Part shown: piece after piece, positions 1-9,823 of the stretch | How the letters are laid out: every line of letters starts with the position of its first letter | How positions within the stretch are numbered: position 1 is the first letter of the stretch | Sequence record: PV764603.1 | Reading direction: 5' to 3' (one strand) | DNA: 64,000 nucleotides | Position numbers and translations under genes: made by a program | Notes under the pieces: generated by a model | Seen by the model: the letters and a program-made list of their open reading frames with translations, nothing else | What the model was told of the DNA's origin: nothing | Database searches by the model: none

Positions 1-3000
1 ATGACTCAAAACTGTCTGAGTTGCGCGCACTACTTCAAATGCGCGGACCCGAATAAGCAGGCGCGTGGCAGGGAATATTCCTGCCACGCTTGGACAGGTA
101 TCGACTTCTCATCGTCGGGCCTGAGTCTAGAAGCAACGAACGAGTACAAGTCTAAACAAATAGCCTCCACTCTCATTGAGCCTTCGGCCATTGACGAGAC
201 GGAGGCTTTTGCTGCTGAACTCGGCCTAGAAAAGATGTGGGACGAGGTGCTGAACTCCAAGTCTCCGGTCCCGCCCGATCTTGTGGTGGACGACCGTGAC
301 TTCAAGGAATTCGGTAACTTCTTCGACTTCTGTATGGCGAAGGACGGCCTGACCGCAGGCACTCCCTTCCCGAGGCAGCTGTGGCTAATTGCCAATCTCC
401 TAGGCGATGCTTGCGGCAACCCAAAGTGTACGGACCCAAAGTGGTTCGATGTAAACAACATTCCTGTCGGGTTGAAGAACATCTACGACCTGCTGGAAAT
501 GGTGACGTTCTATCAGAACGGTGTCTGTCCGAAGTGTAAGCAGACGCGAGCACAGCAGATTCGCAAGAAGATTGTACGCCGACCTAACGAAGGCTATGCT
601 TGCCTCACGGGTGACACCTTGGTTCAGACTGCTCATGGCCTTGTACGCCTTGACTCTATGGGCGACAGGTTGGGCGTGCGGGTGAATTCCGGCTACGCCC
701 ACGATGTTGCCTACCAGTTCCTCCCGAAGGGACTCAAATCCACGTACAGGGTTACAACAGCCAAGGGGTACTCCGTTCGCGGTACCTACGATCATGAGGT
801 CCAGGTACTGAACATCAAAACCCTTGATCTTGAATGGAAGGACTTGGGTAAGTTGACCGAAACTGACTTGCTCTGCATTTCCTTGAACGAAACCAAGGTG
901 CGCCGGAAACTAAAACTGTCTCTCCCGGATAATCCTTCTATCGACCATAAGGTCAAGAAGTTGCGTAAGCCCCGTTATATGACGGTGGAGCTAGCTCGCC
1001 TTCTGGGTCTGCTGCTGTCCGATGGCTCCGTTGGGGTGGATGGATTCACATTTGTTAACGCAGACACCAAGCTGCACAAGATTGTGCGTGACCTTACCCT
1101 AAAGGAATTCGGAGTAGTCGCTACCACAAAGCTTTTCCAAGAAAAGGGCAGCACTAGCCACGTAAATGGCGTAGCATTTACTCGGACCAAGGATGTGCAT
1201 GCTACTACTCTTTATAGCAGCACGCTGGGACAGTGGCTTAACTATCTAGGGGTGAAGTTTGGTTCTAAGAACCTTGAAATCCCTTGGGCAATCTTGGAGG
1301 CCGACTGCGAGGCAAAGGCAGCATTCTTGGCATCATTCGTTGAGGGTGATGGCAGTGTTCGCACCGAGCGTGTGAGCTTCTATAGCTCCTCTGTGAAAGC
1401 ACTTGGTCAAATTCAAGTGATCCTGCAATCGTGGGGTATTTTGTCCGGGCAGCAGCTTAGGGAAAATGATGGGTCAAACGCGCTAAATGTATGTGGCAAC
1501 TATGGCAACGCACTATACGCCCGTCTACGCCCTTACATGGTGTCTAAGCGAAAGAAAACCTACGTGGAAGCTAGGGCGACTGGTACCGATGTTATGGGTA
1601 TTCCGGTCTCTGGAATTATGGCTTGCCTAGGCGCGAGAAGAGTTCATCCTAGTAAGCACGTTTACCTCAATGACGATGGCAAGCCGGTTAATTGCGTAGT
1701 AAACAGTAACGGATTCCACCATCAGCGAAAGACACTTCCCTACTCCAAGGTAACTCCGCCTTTGCTTTCCAACCTTGCCAAGGTATCACCGTGTCTCAGC
1801 GGCAAGATTAAGGCATTGGCCGAAGCTGGTTATTACTTTGACCGAGTGTCCAGCGTGGATTATGTCGGTAGGGAAACGGTGTACGATATTAATGTCAGGA
1901 AGTCCCATCGCTTCACTGCTAACGGAATCGTGGTACACAATTGCGTCGGTCAGCGTGCGGGTAAGTCTACCACGCTGTCCATGCTGTCCAGCTATATCCT
2001 GCACAAGTACCTCAAGTTGCAGAACCCCACTGCGGTGTTCGGTCTGTTCAAGGGCTCAATCCTGACGGCATCGTTCGTGGCGCTAACCTTCGGTCGTGCG
2101 CAAAACCTGCTCTGGAATCCAATCCAGAACATGCTGATGAACTCCGAGTGGTTCAACAACTACCACTCCATGCTGGATGATGTGAGTGCACGCAAGGGCA
2201 TCGAACTCTACAAGAAGCCCGGCGGTATCATGTTGCAGTATCGCCATCGTGACCTTTACCTCGCACCCTCGGGTCCGTCTAAGCGAACGCTGCGTGGTGA
2301 TACGCGATTCTTCTACGTGGTGGACGAGGCCGGTCTGTTCCCAATTGACGGTAACGTGGACGACAAGGAACGTATGTCGATCTTTGAAACCCACACGTCG
2401 CTAAAGAACTCGACCCTGACCCTCCGAGAAGCCGCACGTCGTCAGCTGCGCAAGGGCTACAGCAACATCCCGACCGCGTTGGGTGTCTACATTTCCTCGC
2501 CAATGTCGCACCGCGATTTCATCATGCGTGGCGTCAAGGAAAACGTCAGCAACAAGCGCGCGCTGGTTATGCACCTGCCGTCGTGGAAGTTCAACCCCGA
2601 CCTTAGCGAGAAGTCGCTGCGCCGGGAATTCAAGAACGAGCCTGTCAAGTTTGAACGAGATTTCGGCGCTAACCCACCGCTGTCTGAGAACCCGTTCTTC
2701 GACATTGGCGAGCACCTGCAATCGACGTTTGCCCTCCCGGCCAACAAGATCGAGTACAAGTACAAGACGTTGAAGGACCCGCGGGCTGCCCTAAAGCAGA
2801 AGTGGGCAGAAATCATTACCACACGCAACGTCGGTATGGTGCCTGTCAGTGCTATGGCACTCGACGCAGGCGAAGTGAACAACTCGTTCTCTATGGCAAT
2901 CGGGCACGTGGAAACAACGCGAGAGCCGCGACTAGGTTTCGTGCGTACCGTCAAGGTCACGGGCATCATCGAGGTGGCGCCAAAGGTTCGTGTCTCTGCG

Positions 3001-3582
3001 ATCAACTACAACAGGATCGCCGAGCGCACTCTGTACCCGCTCATCCAGAAGTTCAACGTAGCCGCGCTGGTTTCGGATAGATGGCAGAACAAGAAGTTCC
3101 TGCACGATGCTATGGCGAAGTTCCCCAACTTGTATACGGAGAACTACAGCCTGACCTATGAGGACATTGTGGAGTTCCGCGATCACCTCATGGACGAACG
3201 CCCCGGCATCCTCCTACCTCACCCTGAAATTTCCTTCGAGGAAATCGACAGGATGGAGACGGCGACGGACTACCCGCACTGCTTCAAGTACAAGCCGGTA
3301 GCCCATACGTTCTTCCAGATGCAGACGGTGCAGGATGCTGGTAACCAAGTGTCCAAGGGCTCAGGTTTCACTGACGATAATCTTCGGGCAGTGTTCCTCC
3401 TGTGCAAGTTCCTCCTTGACCCAGTATGGTGTAAGGCCCACATGAAGGGAACCTCCATCCGAGGCTCTGGCGGCATTGGTGCCGTGGCAGGCCGTTCGGG
3501 TGCTGTGGCACTCCCTAGAGGGTCCATTATGCAAGCTGGGGCCTACGCCGCGCTCGGTTCTCGCGGCTTCAAGTTAGGCTAA
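1..3582 (+). CDS. terL: Terminase large subunit, interrupted by an intein
   Basis: After removing the intein the Walker A reads EGYA|CVGQRAGKST. Walker B FFYVVDEAG, motif III YISSP, RNase H-like nuclease acidic residues MALDAG and KGSGFTDD. Lies upstream of portal- and protease-like genes. Confidence 0.9.
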   Translation: MTQNCLSCAHYFKCADPNKQARGREYSCHAWTGIDFSSSGLSLEATNEYKSKQIASTLIEPSAIDETEAFAAELGLEKMWDEVLNSKSPVPPDLVVDDRDFKEFGNFFDFCMAKDGLTAGTPFPRQLWLIANLLGDACGNPKCTDPKWFDVNNIPVGLKNIYDLLEMVTFYQNGVCPKCKQTRAQQIRKKIVRRPNEGYACLTGDTLVQTAHGLVRLDSMGDRLGVRVNSGYAHDVAYQFLPKGLKSTYRVTTAKGYSVRGTYDHEVQVLNIKTLDLEWKDLGKLTETDLLCISLNETKVRRKLKLSLPDNPSIDHKVKKLRKPRYMTVELARLLGLLLSDGSVGVDGFTFVNADTKLHKIVRDLTLKEFGVVATTKLFQEKGSTSHVNGVAFTRTKDVHATTLYSSTLGQWLNYLGVKFGSKNLEIPWAILEADCEAKAAFLASFVEGDGSVRTERVSFYSSSVKALGQIQVILQSWGILSGQQLRENDGSNALNVCGNYGNALYARLRPYMVSKRKKTYVEARATGTDVMGIPVSGIMACLGARRVHPSKHVYLNDDGKPVNCVVNSNGFHHQRKTLPYSKVTPPLLSNLAKVSPCLSGKIKALAEAGYYFDRVSSVDYVGRETVYDINVRKSHRFTANGIVVHNCVGQRAGKSTTLSMLSSYILHKYLKLQNPTAVFGLFKGSILTASFVALTFGRAQNLLWNPIQNMLMNSEWFNNYHSMLDDVSARKGIELYKKPGGIMLQYRHRDLYLAPSGPSKRTLRGDTRFFYVVDEAGLFPIDGNVDDKERMSIFETHTSLKNSTLTLREAARRQLRKGYSNIPTALGVYISSPMSHRDFIMRGVKENVSNKRALVMHLPSWKFNPDLSEKSLRREFKNEPVKFERDFGANPPLSENPFFDIGEHLQSTFALPANKIEYKYKTLKDPRAALKQKWAEIITTRNVGMVPVSAMALDAGEVNNSFSMAIGHVETTREPRLGFVRTVKVTGIIEVAPKVRVSAINYNRIAERTLYPLIQKFNVAALVSDRWQNKKFLHDAMAKFPNLYTENYSLTYEDIVEFRDHLMDERPGILLPHPEISFEEIDRMETATDYPHCFKYKPVAHTFFQMQTVQDAGNQVSKGSGFTDDNLRAVFLLCKFLLDPVWCKAHMKGTSIRGSGGIGAVAGRSGAVALPRGSIMQAGAYAALGSRGFKLG
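601..1941 (+). mobile_element. Intein (447 aa) with LAGLIDADG homing endonuclease
   Basis: Block A CLTGDTLV at nt 601, block B TYDH, two LAGLIDADG motifs (LLGLLLSDG, FLASFVEGDG), block F VYDINV, block G HRFTANGIVVHN followed by +1 Cys at nt 1942. Confidence 0.95.
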
Positions 3583-3609
3583 TTTTACTCAGTAAACGAG
3601 GACAGTTCC

Positions 3610-3870
3610 ATGACCAAAACGATCAATCCTTTCTCCGACCTTCCTGTGGTCGCTCCTGCGGCTCCGGCTGCTGAAACTGCCACCACCGCGCCGGTCGAGG
3701 AAACTGCCACCATCCGCCCCAACAAGCTGGAGACCACCAACAGGTGTCCGGTTGATGGGCGTCCTATGCAGCGAGTCATGTGTGGCGTGAAGGGCACCGA
3801 TACGGAAACTCACGCCTACGCCTGCCTTGAACATCGCGTGTGCCTGCCGGTACCCAACAGCGAACTCTGA
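3610..3870 (+). CDS. Small Cys/His (zinc-finger-like) protein
   Basis: ORF with GAGGAC RBS-like site; CPVDG...C...CLEHRVC; lies between terL and the portal. Confidence 0.65.
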   Translation: MTKTINPFSDLPVVAPAAPAAETATTAPVEETATIRPNKLETTNRCPVDGRPMQRVMCGVKGTDTETHAYACLEHRVCLPVPNSEL

Positions 3871-3872
3871 CC

Positions 3873-5711
3873 ATGTTTGATTCCACCAAGCGCATTTCAG
3901 TTAAGCGGGGCAGGGGCCTCGTCACTGCTGCGCAGATGCCCCTGATGGGTTCGGGTGGCTTGAGTACCAGCATGGGTACTTACAGCAACCTCAACGTAAG
4001 TGCGATCAGCACTTTCTTCCAACGAAGTGAAACCCTGCTCCGAGGCATTGCTGACGAACAGGAATTGGCGTTCCGTACTTTCTACCGCGACATATACAGG
4101 TACGACGTTGTTGCCGGTACCGCTGTCGAAATGATGAGCGTGCTTCCGTTCTCGGACTTCACCTTGCAGGGTGGTACGCCGAAACAACTGGAGGTATTCA
4201 ACCGCAACATCGACAACCTCGGTATGCGCACACTCTTCCCACAGCTGAGTGTGGACTACTATGTCTCCGGGCGTAGCATTTCGAGCATGCTGTACGACAA
4301 CGACAAGAAGGTCTTCACCGATCTAATGTCGCACAATCCTGACAACGCAGAGATTACCCCGAATCCTCTGTACGATCAGGAGCCTCGCATCAAGTGTCGT
4401 GTCGACCCCGAGCTACGCCAGTTCCTAGACTCCCGTGATCCTTACTTCACGAAGCTCAAGGAGCGCATGCCGGAGAGTGTGTTGCATGCACTCAAGAACA
4501 GCCATGTGGTTCTCGATCCGCTGACTACCTTGTTCCTGCCGCGTGCTCTGACCCCTCGGTCTACTGGTACGTCGCTGTACCGCCGTCTGATTCCGATCTA
4601 CCTGCTGGAGAAGGTGCTGTATCGCGGTACCATCACTGAGGCGGCTCGCCGTCAGCGTGCTATCGGTCACATCATGGCAGGCTCGCAGTATTGGGAACCA
4701 CAGGACGCTGACTTGCAGAACCTGCTGGCCATGTTCCAGCAAGCGGACCTCGACCCTAACGGTGCCATGATCGCTACGCGTAACGACGTGCAGTATCAGG
4801 ACATTCGACCGGGTGGCGACTTCTGGAAGTGGACGGACACTGCGGAGCAGCTGACGCCGTTCAAGATGCGCGCACTGGGAATCAATGACGCGCTGCTGTC
4901 GGGTGAAGCGAACATCAGCACCCAGGAAGCATCGCTGTCTCTGTTCCTTGAACAGTTGCGTACCTACCGAGACTACGCTACTCGCCGCACGTTCTACGAC
5001 CGCATCTTCCCGATGATTAGTATCGTCAATGGGTTCAAGCCGTCCAAGCATGAAGAGTCCAAGATTCTGACCGAGACGGCCAATGGCAACATTGACCAGC
5101 TGGACGAAGAGACGGAAGACGCAATCATCTTCCACCAGCTGGGCGACCATAACGTGCTGATTCCCCAAGTGCGTTGGCACAAGCAGCTGCGCCCCGAGGC
5201 TGACCGTGAGCACCTTGACGTGCTGAACACGATGGCTGAACGTGGCGTGCCTGTGGGCCTTCGGACTTGGGCTGCTGCCGGTGGCCTCGACCTCGACAAG
5301 GAAGTGAAGGAACTGGAGAACGACATTCAGATCCGAAAGAAGATTCAGTCGATTACGGGTGTGCTAGGCAACCAAGGTCAGCAGCAGGATGAAGGCCCTG
5401 ACGACAGCTATCAGGGTTCGGAAGCTCAGGCACACGTCGCTGCTATCGTGGATAGCATGAGTGATACCGAAATCGCTGCTGCCGTTCGCATGCAGACTGG
5501 TCAGTACCGGGTACCCATCCTCGCACGTGACTTCGGCGGTGCATCTGAGATTATCGGCACCAGCCGTACTGGCAAGCCCAAGGCAGTGCTCAATCAGGCC
5601 CGGGCCAACCGCCAGTACAACGAACAGATGGCAACTGTTATTGGACGCCTTACCAACGCGGATCACTTCGCAAAGGTGCTGGCAGATGCAAAGACTAAGG
5701 GAGTCCCCTAA
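3873..5711 (+). CDS. Probable portal protein
   Basis: About 612 aa helical protein between terL and the prohead protease. Likely start ATG 3873 (track starts at 3840). Call is mainly from synteny and size. Confidence 0.7.
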   Translation: MFDSTKRISVKRGRGLVTAAQMPLMGSGGLSTSMGTYSNLNVSAISTFFQRSETLLRGIADEQELAFRTFYRDIYRYDVVAGTAVEMMSVLPFSDFTLQGGTPKQLEVFNRNIDNLGMRTLFPQLSVDYYVSGRSISSMLYDNDKKVFTDLMSHNPDNAEITPNPLYDQEPRIKCRVDPELRQFLDSRDPYFTKLKERMPESVLHALKNSHVVLDPLTTLFLPRALTPRSTGTSLYRRLIPIYLLEKVLYRGTITEAARRQRAIGHIMAGSQYWEPQDADLQNLLAMFQQADLDPNGAMIATRNDVQYQDIRPGGDFWKWTDTAEQLTPFKMRALGINDALLSGEANISTQEASLSLFLEQLRTYRDYATRRTFYDRIFPMISIVNGFKPSKHEESKILTETANGNIDQLDEETEDAIIFHQLGDHNVLIPQVRWHKQLRPEADREHLDVLNTMAERGVPVGLRTWAAAGGLDLDKEVKELENDIQIRKKIQSITGVLGNQGQQQDEGPDDSYQGSEAQAHVAAIVDSMSDTEIAAAVRMQTGQYRVPILARDFGGASEIIGTSRTGKPKAVLNQARANRQYNEQMATVIGRLTNADHFAKVLADAKTKGVP

Positions 5712-5740
5712 CCGGGCTCCCTACCATTGAGGTATCACAG

Positions 5741-6547
5741 ATGAGTAATCGCATTCTACTGGAAACGGCAGGCATCGAGCACATCGACCTGACTCCGACT
5801 ACGATCAATCCACTTGACATGCACAAGATGCTCAAGCGGAAAGACATTGTGAACAACGGCGCCAACGGCCTTGTGGTAGCCTCGGCTATTAGCTCGGACG
5901 TTCCGCAGGGTGAGACGCTGGACGTTACCAACTGGCTGCCAAGTGCTGCCAAGGTATACAACATCAGCCCGAACATTGACGACTACCTGATGGTCCCCGT
6001 GTTCACCATTCCCTCGGAGCTGCCGAACCGTAACGGCGTTGGCTTCCCGCTGGAAGAACTGGTAGCGTTCTCTCCCGAAGACGGCATGCAGTATTACAAG
6101 ACGTTCAAGGGTAAGCCGACTCACTACGAGCATGCTAACAAAGACTACACGATTGCCAAGGGCGTGATTGCGGACGTGTACCTGCGTAGGCTGGATGGCT
6201 GGAGCCAGAACAAAATCTACAAGATGGTTGAGCTACTCATGTTCGACCGCACCCGTGACGTTGACCTGTGCAACGACATTCTCAAGGGAAGGATCAACGC
6301 CTATTCGATGGGCGCATACGTGGGCGGGTACACCTGCTCCATGTGTGGCGGCTTGATGGGTACGTGTAGCCATCTGCACCCGGACAAGAAGCTCGACTTC
6401 TACAAGCTGGGTAATCACCTTGTCTACCGCCGTGTCAAGAAGCCTCGCGGCTTTGAAACGAGCGCTGTCGGAACCCCTGCGTACAGCGTAGCGGCGCAAG
6501 ATACGGTGATCCCCATCAACAACTCCGAAACATTGATTACGCGATAA
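5741..6547 (+). CDS. Prohead/capsid maturation protease
   Basis: Motifs PNRNG.GFP..EL, TFKGKPTHYEH, KGVIAD, SMG..V..YTCSMCG...CSH, FETSAV.TPAY, as in HK97-fold proteases of large phages; follows the portal. Confidence 0.7.
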   Translation: MSNRILLETAGIEHIDLTPTTINPLDMHKMLKRKDIVNNGANGLVVASAISSDVPQGETLDVTNWLPSAAKVYNISPNIDDYLMVPVFTIPSELPNRNGVGFPLEELVAFSPEDGMQYYKTFKGKPTHYEHANKDYTIAKGVIADVYLRRLDGWSQNKIYKMVELLMFDRTRDVDLCNDILKGRINAYSMGAYVGGYTCSMCGGLMGTCSHLHPDKKLDFYKLGNHLVYRRVKKPRGFETSAVGTPAYSVAAQDTVIPINNSETLITR

Positions 6548-6549
6548 CC

Positions 6550-6585
6550 AAGAGGGGCGTCTGCTTACGGGCAGCGCCCCTCTTT
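6550..6585 (+). terminator. Intrinsic terminator after the head protease
   Basis: aagaggggcg...cgcccctctt stem followed by a T-run. Confidence 0.75.
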
Positions 6586-6588
6586 GCG

Positions 6589-6607
6589 TTTTGGCATCCT
6601 GTAAATA
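6589..6607 (+). promoter_or_regulatory. Phage promoter-like motif (TTTTGGCA half-site + TCCTGTAAATA)
   Basis: Intergenic copy of the recurrent motif, about 30 nt upstream of ATG 6637. Confidence 0.65.
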
Positions 6608-6636
6608 ACCCCTGACGACCTAGGGATTTTTCTACT

Positions 6637-7056
6637 ATGGATTTGACTGTCGAACTTACTACTGAGCCCTCCCGAAAACCATTCAACGGACCTGTCCAAA
6701 CGGAGACGTGGTGCTCAGATGGAGTTCCGGTGGTAGTGGTTTGGTACGCCACCCACCAATATGACGGGAAGTGGTGGGCAATCGTGACGGACATTGAACT
6801 TCCGAAACGATTCAAGCGCTTCCCTCGCGCAGTCCTGCACGAACTACTGCGCCATGCTATCAACGCGCTAGGCACTGAGTACCCCGTGCTCTACCCCTGC
6901 GCCCGTAAATTGCTGCGCCGAGTTGAACCGCTCTACATGCGCAGTCTCATTCAAGGCTACAAGCTCGGCATGCAATACCTCAAGTTTTCGCCGAATGGTA
7001 GCAAGCATCCATTTATGATTCTGAGAGAAGCCAATGATTCGCAATCCAGTGTTTGA
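6637..7056 (+). CDS. Hypothetical protein
   Basis: 139 aa ORF downstream of the promoter motif, overlapping the next gene. Confidence 0.6.
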   Translation: MDLTVELTTEPSRKPFNGPVQTETWCSDGVPVVVVWYATHQYDGKWWAIVTDIELPKRFKRFPRAVLHELLRHAINALGTEYPVLYPCARKLLRRVEPLYMRSLIQGYKLGMQYLKFSPNGSKHPFMILREANDSQSSV

Positions 7057-7546
7057 CCTATTCGATCTTGCTCCACACCACTCCACGCTCAAGTGGCTTG
7101 AAGAAGAACTGGAAGTCAGCGAAGCGACTGCTGATGATACCGATGAGTTCGATCAGAAGCGCTTGATCCATCTGCGCCGCCTACGCGATTTGGTTGCGGC
7201 CCTTCCGCTGGCAGCTACCCGCTATCAGCAGTCCCTGCGAGAAATGGAAGCTGCGCACTCGGAAGCAGTGTCCCTCACCAAGGTTGTGATGGATGGCCTT
7301 GCGAACACGCCGGGTGTTAGCTATGAGTTCGTGATCCACAATGGAGAGCCGGTGTTGAAGGTGGTGCCGCGTGCTCTTGAGTACACCGTGGCGATGGGCG
7401 AAGCAGGCGACAACTACATTCGGTCTGTGGCTTTCCAAGGGAAGTTCACCCTGCCTCACTCTTTCCGGTGGCATGCTCTTTGGGAAGCCATGCAAGCTGT
7501 AGCCTTGAATCCAACTGTTGAGTACGCCGATGGCCAAGCAACCTGA
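7034..7546 (+). CDS. Hypothetical protein
   Basis: 170 aa co-oriented ORF with an RBS-like site. Confidence 0.6.
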   Translation: MIRNPVFDLFDLAPHHSTLKWLEEELEVSEATADDTDEFDQKRLIHLRRLRDLVAALPLAATRYQQSLREMEAAHSEAVSLTKVVMDGLANTPGVSYEFVIHNGEPVLKVVPRALEYTVAMGEAGDNYIRSVAFQGKFTLPHSFRWHALWEAMQAVALNPTVEYADGQAT

Positions 7547-8123
7547 ACCTGCCAAGCCGGAAGTAGACATTACCCCAACGGACGCCAAGAAGTATCCGGG
7601 TACGTGGCCGTGTACGATCCCTGCACCTCGCCATTATCCGTTCTCCAAGCACACCAAGTTGAGCACGAAGATGCGCGTGCTGATCCTGCCCGGGCGCATC
7701 GAATACGATCCTGCAATGGCGGACATTGAGGCTGAGGTCAGCGGCCTTGCACGCAAGAACGACGTAACATTGGTGGCTCACGACTACTACCGAGGTGCTT
7801 GCGAAATCATGGCACGGCGTCTCGGGCTAGACTACATGGTCATCAACGTGGACAACGATGATGGTAGGACTCTGCCAACCACGGTAGCACGGGACATACT
7901 CAACACTAGCGTATCCGCGCGCCGACGCGTCCTGAGTAAATCCGATCTTGTGCTGGCGGTCACGGATAGTCCGTTCCTCGCCGCCCTTAGCAAGACCAAT
8001 GCCAAGCGCAAGTCTCCCCTCACGGTCAAGACCTTCCGGGCCAAGTACCACGATTACATTGACGCGAAGGTTAACGCCGTACCTACCACAACTCCCAAGA
8101 AGAAGCGCAAGAAAAAGTCATGA
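7530..8123 (+). CDS. Hypothetical protein, possibly divergent SLOG/YspA-like, with Lys-rich tail
   Basis: C-terminal ARRRVLSKSDLVLAVTDS...AKRKSPLTVK resembles the SLOG C-terminal pattern; ends PKKKRKKKS. Confidence 0.5.
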   Translation: MAKQPEPAKPEVDITPTDAKKYPGTWPCTIPAPRHYPFSKHTKLSTKMRVLILPGRIEYDPAMADIEAEVSGLARKNDVTLVAHDYYRGACEIMARRLGLDYMVINVDNDDGRTLPTTVARDILNTSVSARRRVLSKSDLVLAVTDSPFLAALSKTNAKRKSPLTVKTFRAKYHDYIDAKVNAVPTTTPKKKRKKKS

Positions 8124-8320
8124 GCGATTCCGAACTGTCTCCGTTCTTGGCCCGCAACAGGCCGTACACCCCAACTCCTGAACAGCGGGCAGCGATGGAT
8201 CGCAGCAAGAAATTCCATGATCCCCTCCGAGTGCAGAATGGCGCTCTGATTGGTGAAGGCTCTACCAGTCAGCGCTTGGACGAACTCTTACCCTACGGGT
8301 CTAGACTCATAAAGGCATAG
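8120..8320 (+). CDS. Hypothetical protein
   Basis: 66 aa ORF with ATGA overlap to the previous gene. Confidence 0.5.
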   Translation: MSDSELSPFLARNRPYTPTPEQRAAMDRSKKFHDPLRVQNGALIGEGSTSQRLDELLPYGSRLIKA

Positions 8321-8580
8321 TGATGACGATCCCACACCACACTAGGAAAGACCCTCCCCCGTACAACCCGGTTCTGATCGTGCTGATCTTGGCTCTAATC
8401 GCAGTCATCGTTTACGGCACCTTCATCAAGGAACGGAACGAGGCGCGTCTCAACGAGCACAACAGCCAGCTGTATTCGGAGCTGTGTAAGAAGCAGGGTG
8501 GCAACCCTCTGTACGCAAACGACCCTGACCATCGTACTTGCTTGGTCGGCAACACTCCCATCAACGTAATCCAGCCATGA
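8320..8580 (+). CDS. Bitopic membrane protein with two-Cys extracytoplasmic domain
   Basis: Hydrophobic helix VLIVLILALIAVIVYG, then LCKKQGG...RTC. Confidence 0.65.
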   Translation: MMTIPHHTRKDPPPYNPVLIVLILALIAVIVYGTFIKERNEARLNEHNSQLYSELCKKQGGNPLYANDPDHRTCLVGNTPINVIQP

Positions 8581-9512
8581 CTCTCGACCTGACCTACCCC
8601 AAGTGGTTCGCTCCCATTGAGGAGCAGATTCGTCACGAACGTGACACCTTCCGATACGATCAATGCGTTGCCGTTCGCAGTCCCTTTGGCGAATACGAGC
8701 GCGGCCTCGCTAGCATCTTCGGGCACGGTGATCCTGTCCCTGATCGTACTGGCACCGGCACCCTGTCGCAGTTCTGCCATCAGATGCGATTCAACATGCA
8801 CCCGCATACGGTGCTTGACAGTAGCAGTCCTTACTTCGGTCAGAGCCTGCCGGTGTACCCACTGGTCACCACGAAGAAGGTGCACTTCAAGTCGGTGTTC
8901 CATGAACTGATTTGGATGCTCAAGGGCCTGACCAACATCAAGTACCTTACCGACAACAAGGTCACGATTTGGGATGAGTGGGCAGACGAGAATGGCGACC
9001 TCGGTCCTGTGTACGGCAAGCAGTGGCGTGATTTCGCTGGTGTCGATCAAATCACGGAAGTGCTGGCAGAAATGAAGCGCAACCCGTACAGCCGCCGACT
9101 GGTCATCAGCGCGTGGAATCCGCAGGACTTGCCGGAAATGAAGTTGCAGCCGTGCCACATCCTGTTCCAGTTCATCGTGCGCAACGGTCGAATGAACTGC
9201 CACTTCTTCATGAGGTCGAATGACGCCTTCCTCGGAACGCCCTTCAACATCGCACAGTATGCGCTGCTGAATGCGTTGGTCGCCAAGACTATCGGTGTGC
9301 AGCCGGGTGAGCTTGTGCTGTCGGTGACTGACTTCCACCTGTACTCGAATCATCTGTCTCTGGCCAAGATGCAGCTGACCCGCGAGCCGTATCCCTATCC
9401 CTTCATCAACATCAAGACCGCTCGGGACAACCTGTGGGATTACAAGTTTGATGACGTGGAAATCATCGGCTACAAGTCGCACCCTGCAATCAAGGCGGAC
9501 GTTGCGGTATGA
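8577..9512 (+). CDS. thyA: Thymidylate synthase
   Basis: DRTGTGT, PLVTTKKVHF, GDLGPVYGKQWR, catalytic LQPCH, RSNDAFLGTPFNIAQY, DFHLYSNH. Start at ATG 8577 (ATGA overlap). Confidence 0.97.
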   Translation: MTLDLTYPKWFAPIEEQIRHERDTFRYDQCVAVRSPFGEYERGLASIFGHGDPVPDRTGTGTLSQFCHQMRFNMHPHTVLDSSSPYFGQSLPVYPLVTTKKVHFKSVFHELIWMLKGLTNIKYLTDNKVTIWDEWADENGDLGPVYGKQWRDFAGVDQITEVLAEMKRNPYSRRLVISAWNPQDLPEMKLQPCHILFQFIVRNGRMNCHFFMRSNDAFLGTPFNIAQYALLNALVAKTIGVQPGELVLSVTDFHLYSNHLSLAKMQLTREPYPYPFINIKTARDNLWDYKFDDVEIIGYKSHPAIKADVAV

Positions 9513-9823
9513 CGGCAGTTCTCACTGAACTGGACACCCGACTGGCTGAGGCAGGAATCACCCTGTCTCAGTTCGCACAGCGCATTGGCATTCCCGAGCA
9601 GGCTATCCATGCCAACATCGGGAAGGGCTGGTGCATGATTGACCCCTTGATGGCCGCTGCCTTCGCCCGATATTGGGGAACCACCCCTGACTTCTGGCTC
9701 GGTATCAGTCATCAGCAGAACGTAGAGCGTGCTCGGGAAATCCTCCCGATGATGACCTTCCCTGACCACACAACTTTGTTGAGCGGGCCGCCATGCGATT
9801 TCGTAGACATCAAGATCGGTTAA
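9509..9823 (+). CDS. HigA-like XRE-family HTH protein (orphan antitoxin-like)
   Basis: GITLSQFAQRIGIPEQAI...IDPLMAAAFARYWGTTPDFWLGI matches the HigA pattern (ITxxMAxRLAxxxGTSPEFWL). Confidence 0.75.
   Translation: MTAVLTELDTRLAEAGITLSQFAQRIGIPEQAIHANIGKGWCMIDPLMAAAFARYWGTTPDFWLGISHQQNVERAREILPMMTFPDHTTLLSGPPCDFVDIKIG

Noticed and set aside
3578-3590. CTAATTT as a late promoter (also near 42314, before the ART)
   Set aside because: Only two intergenic instances in this window, too few to support; the structural region of the genome would be needed to test it.
8412-9482. 356 aa minus-strand ORF, and similar shadows over dpdA, the clamp loader and others
   Set aside because: In-register antisense shadows of clearly identified genes such as thyA.
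8577-9512. ThyA as a pyrimidine hypermodification enzyme (dCMP/dUMP hydroxymethylase)
   Set aside because: It keeps the canonical dUMP-specific Asn (GTPFNIAQY) and standard ThyA motifs.
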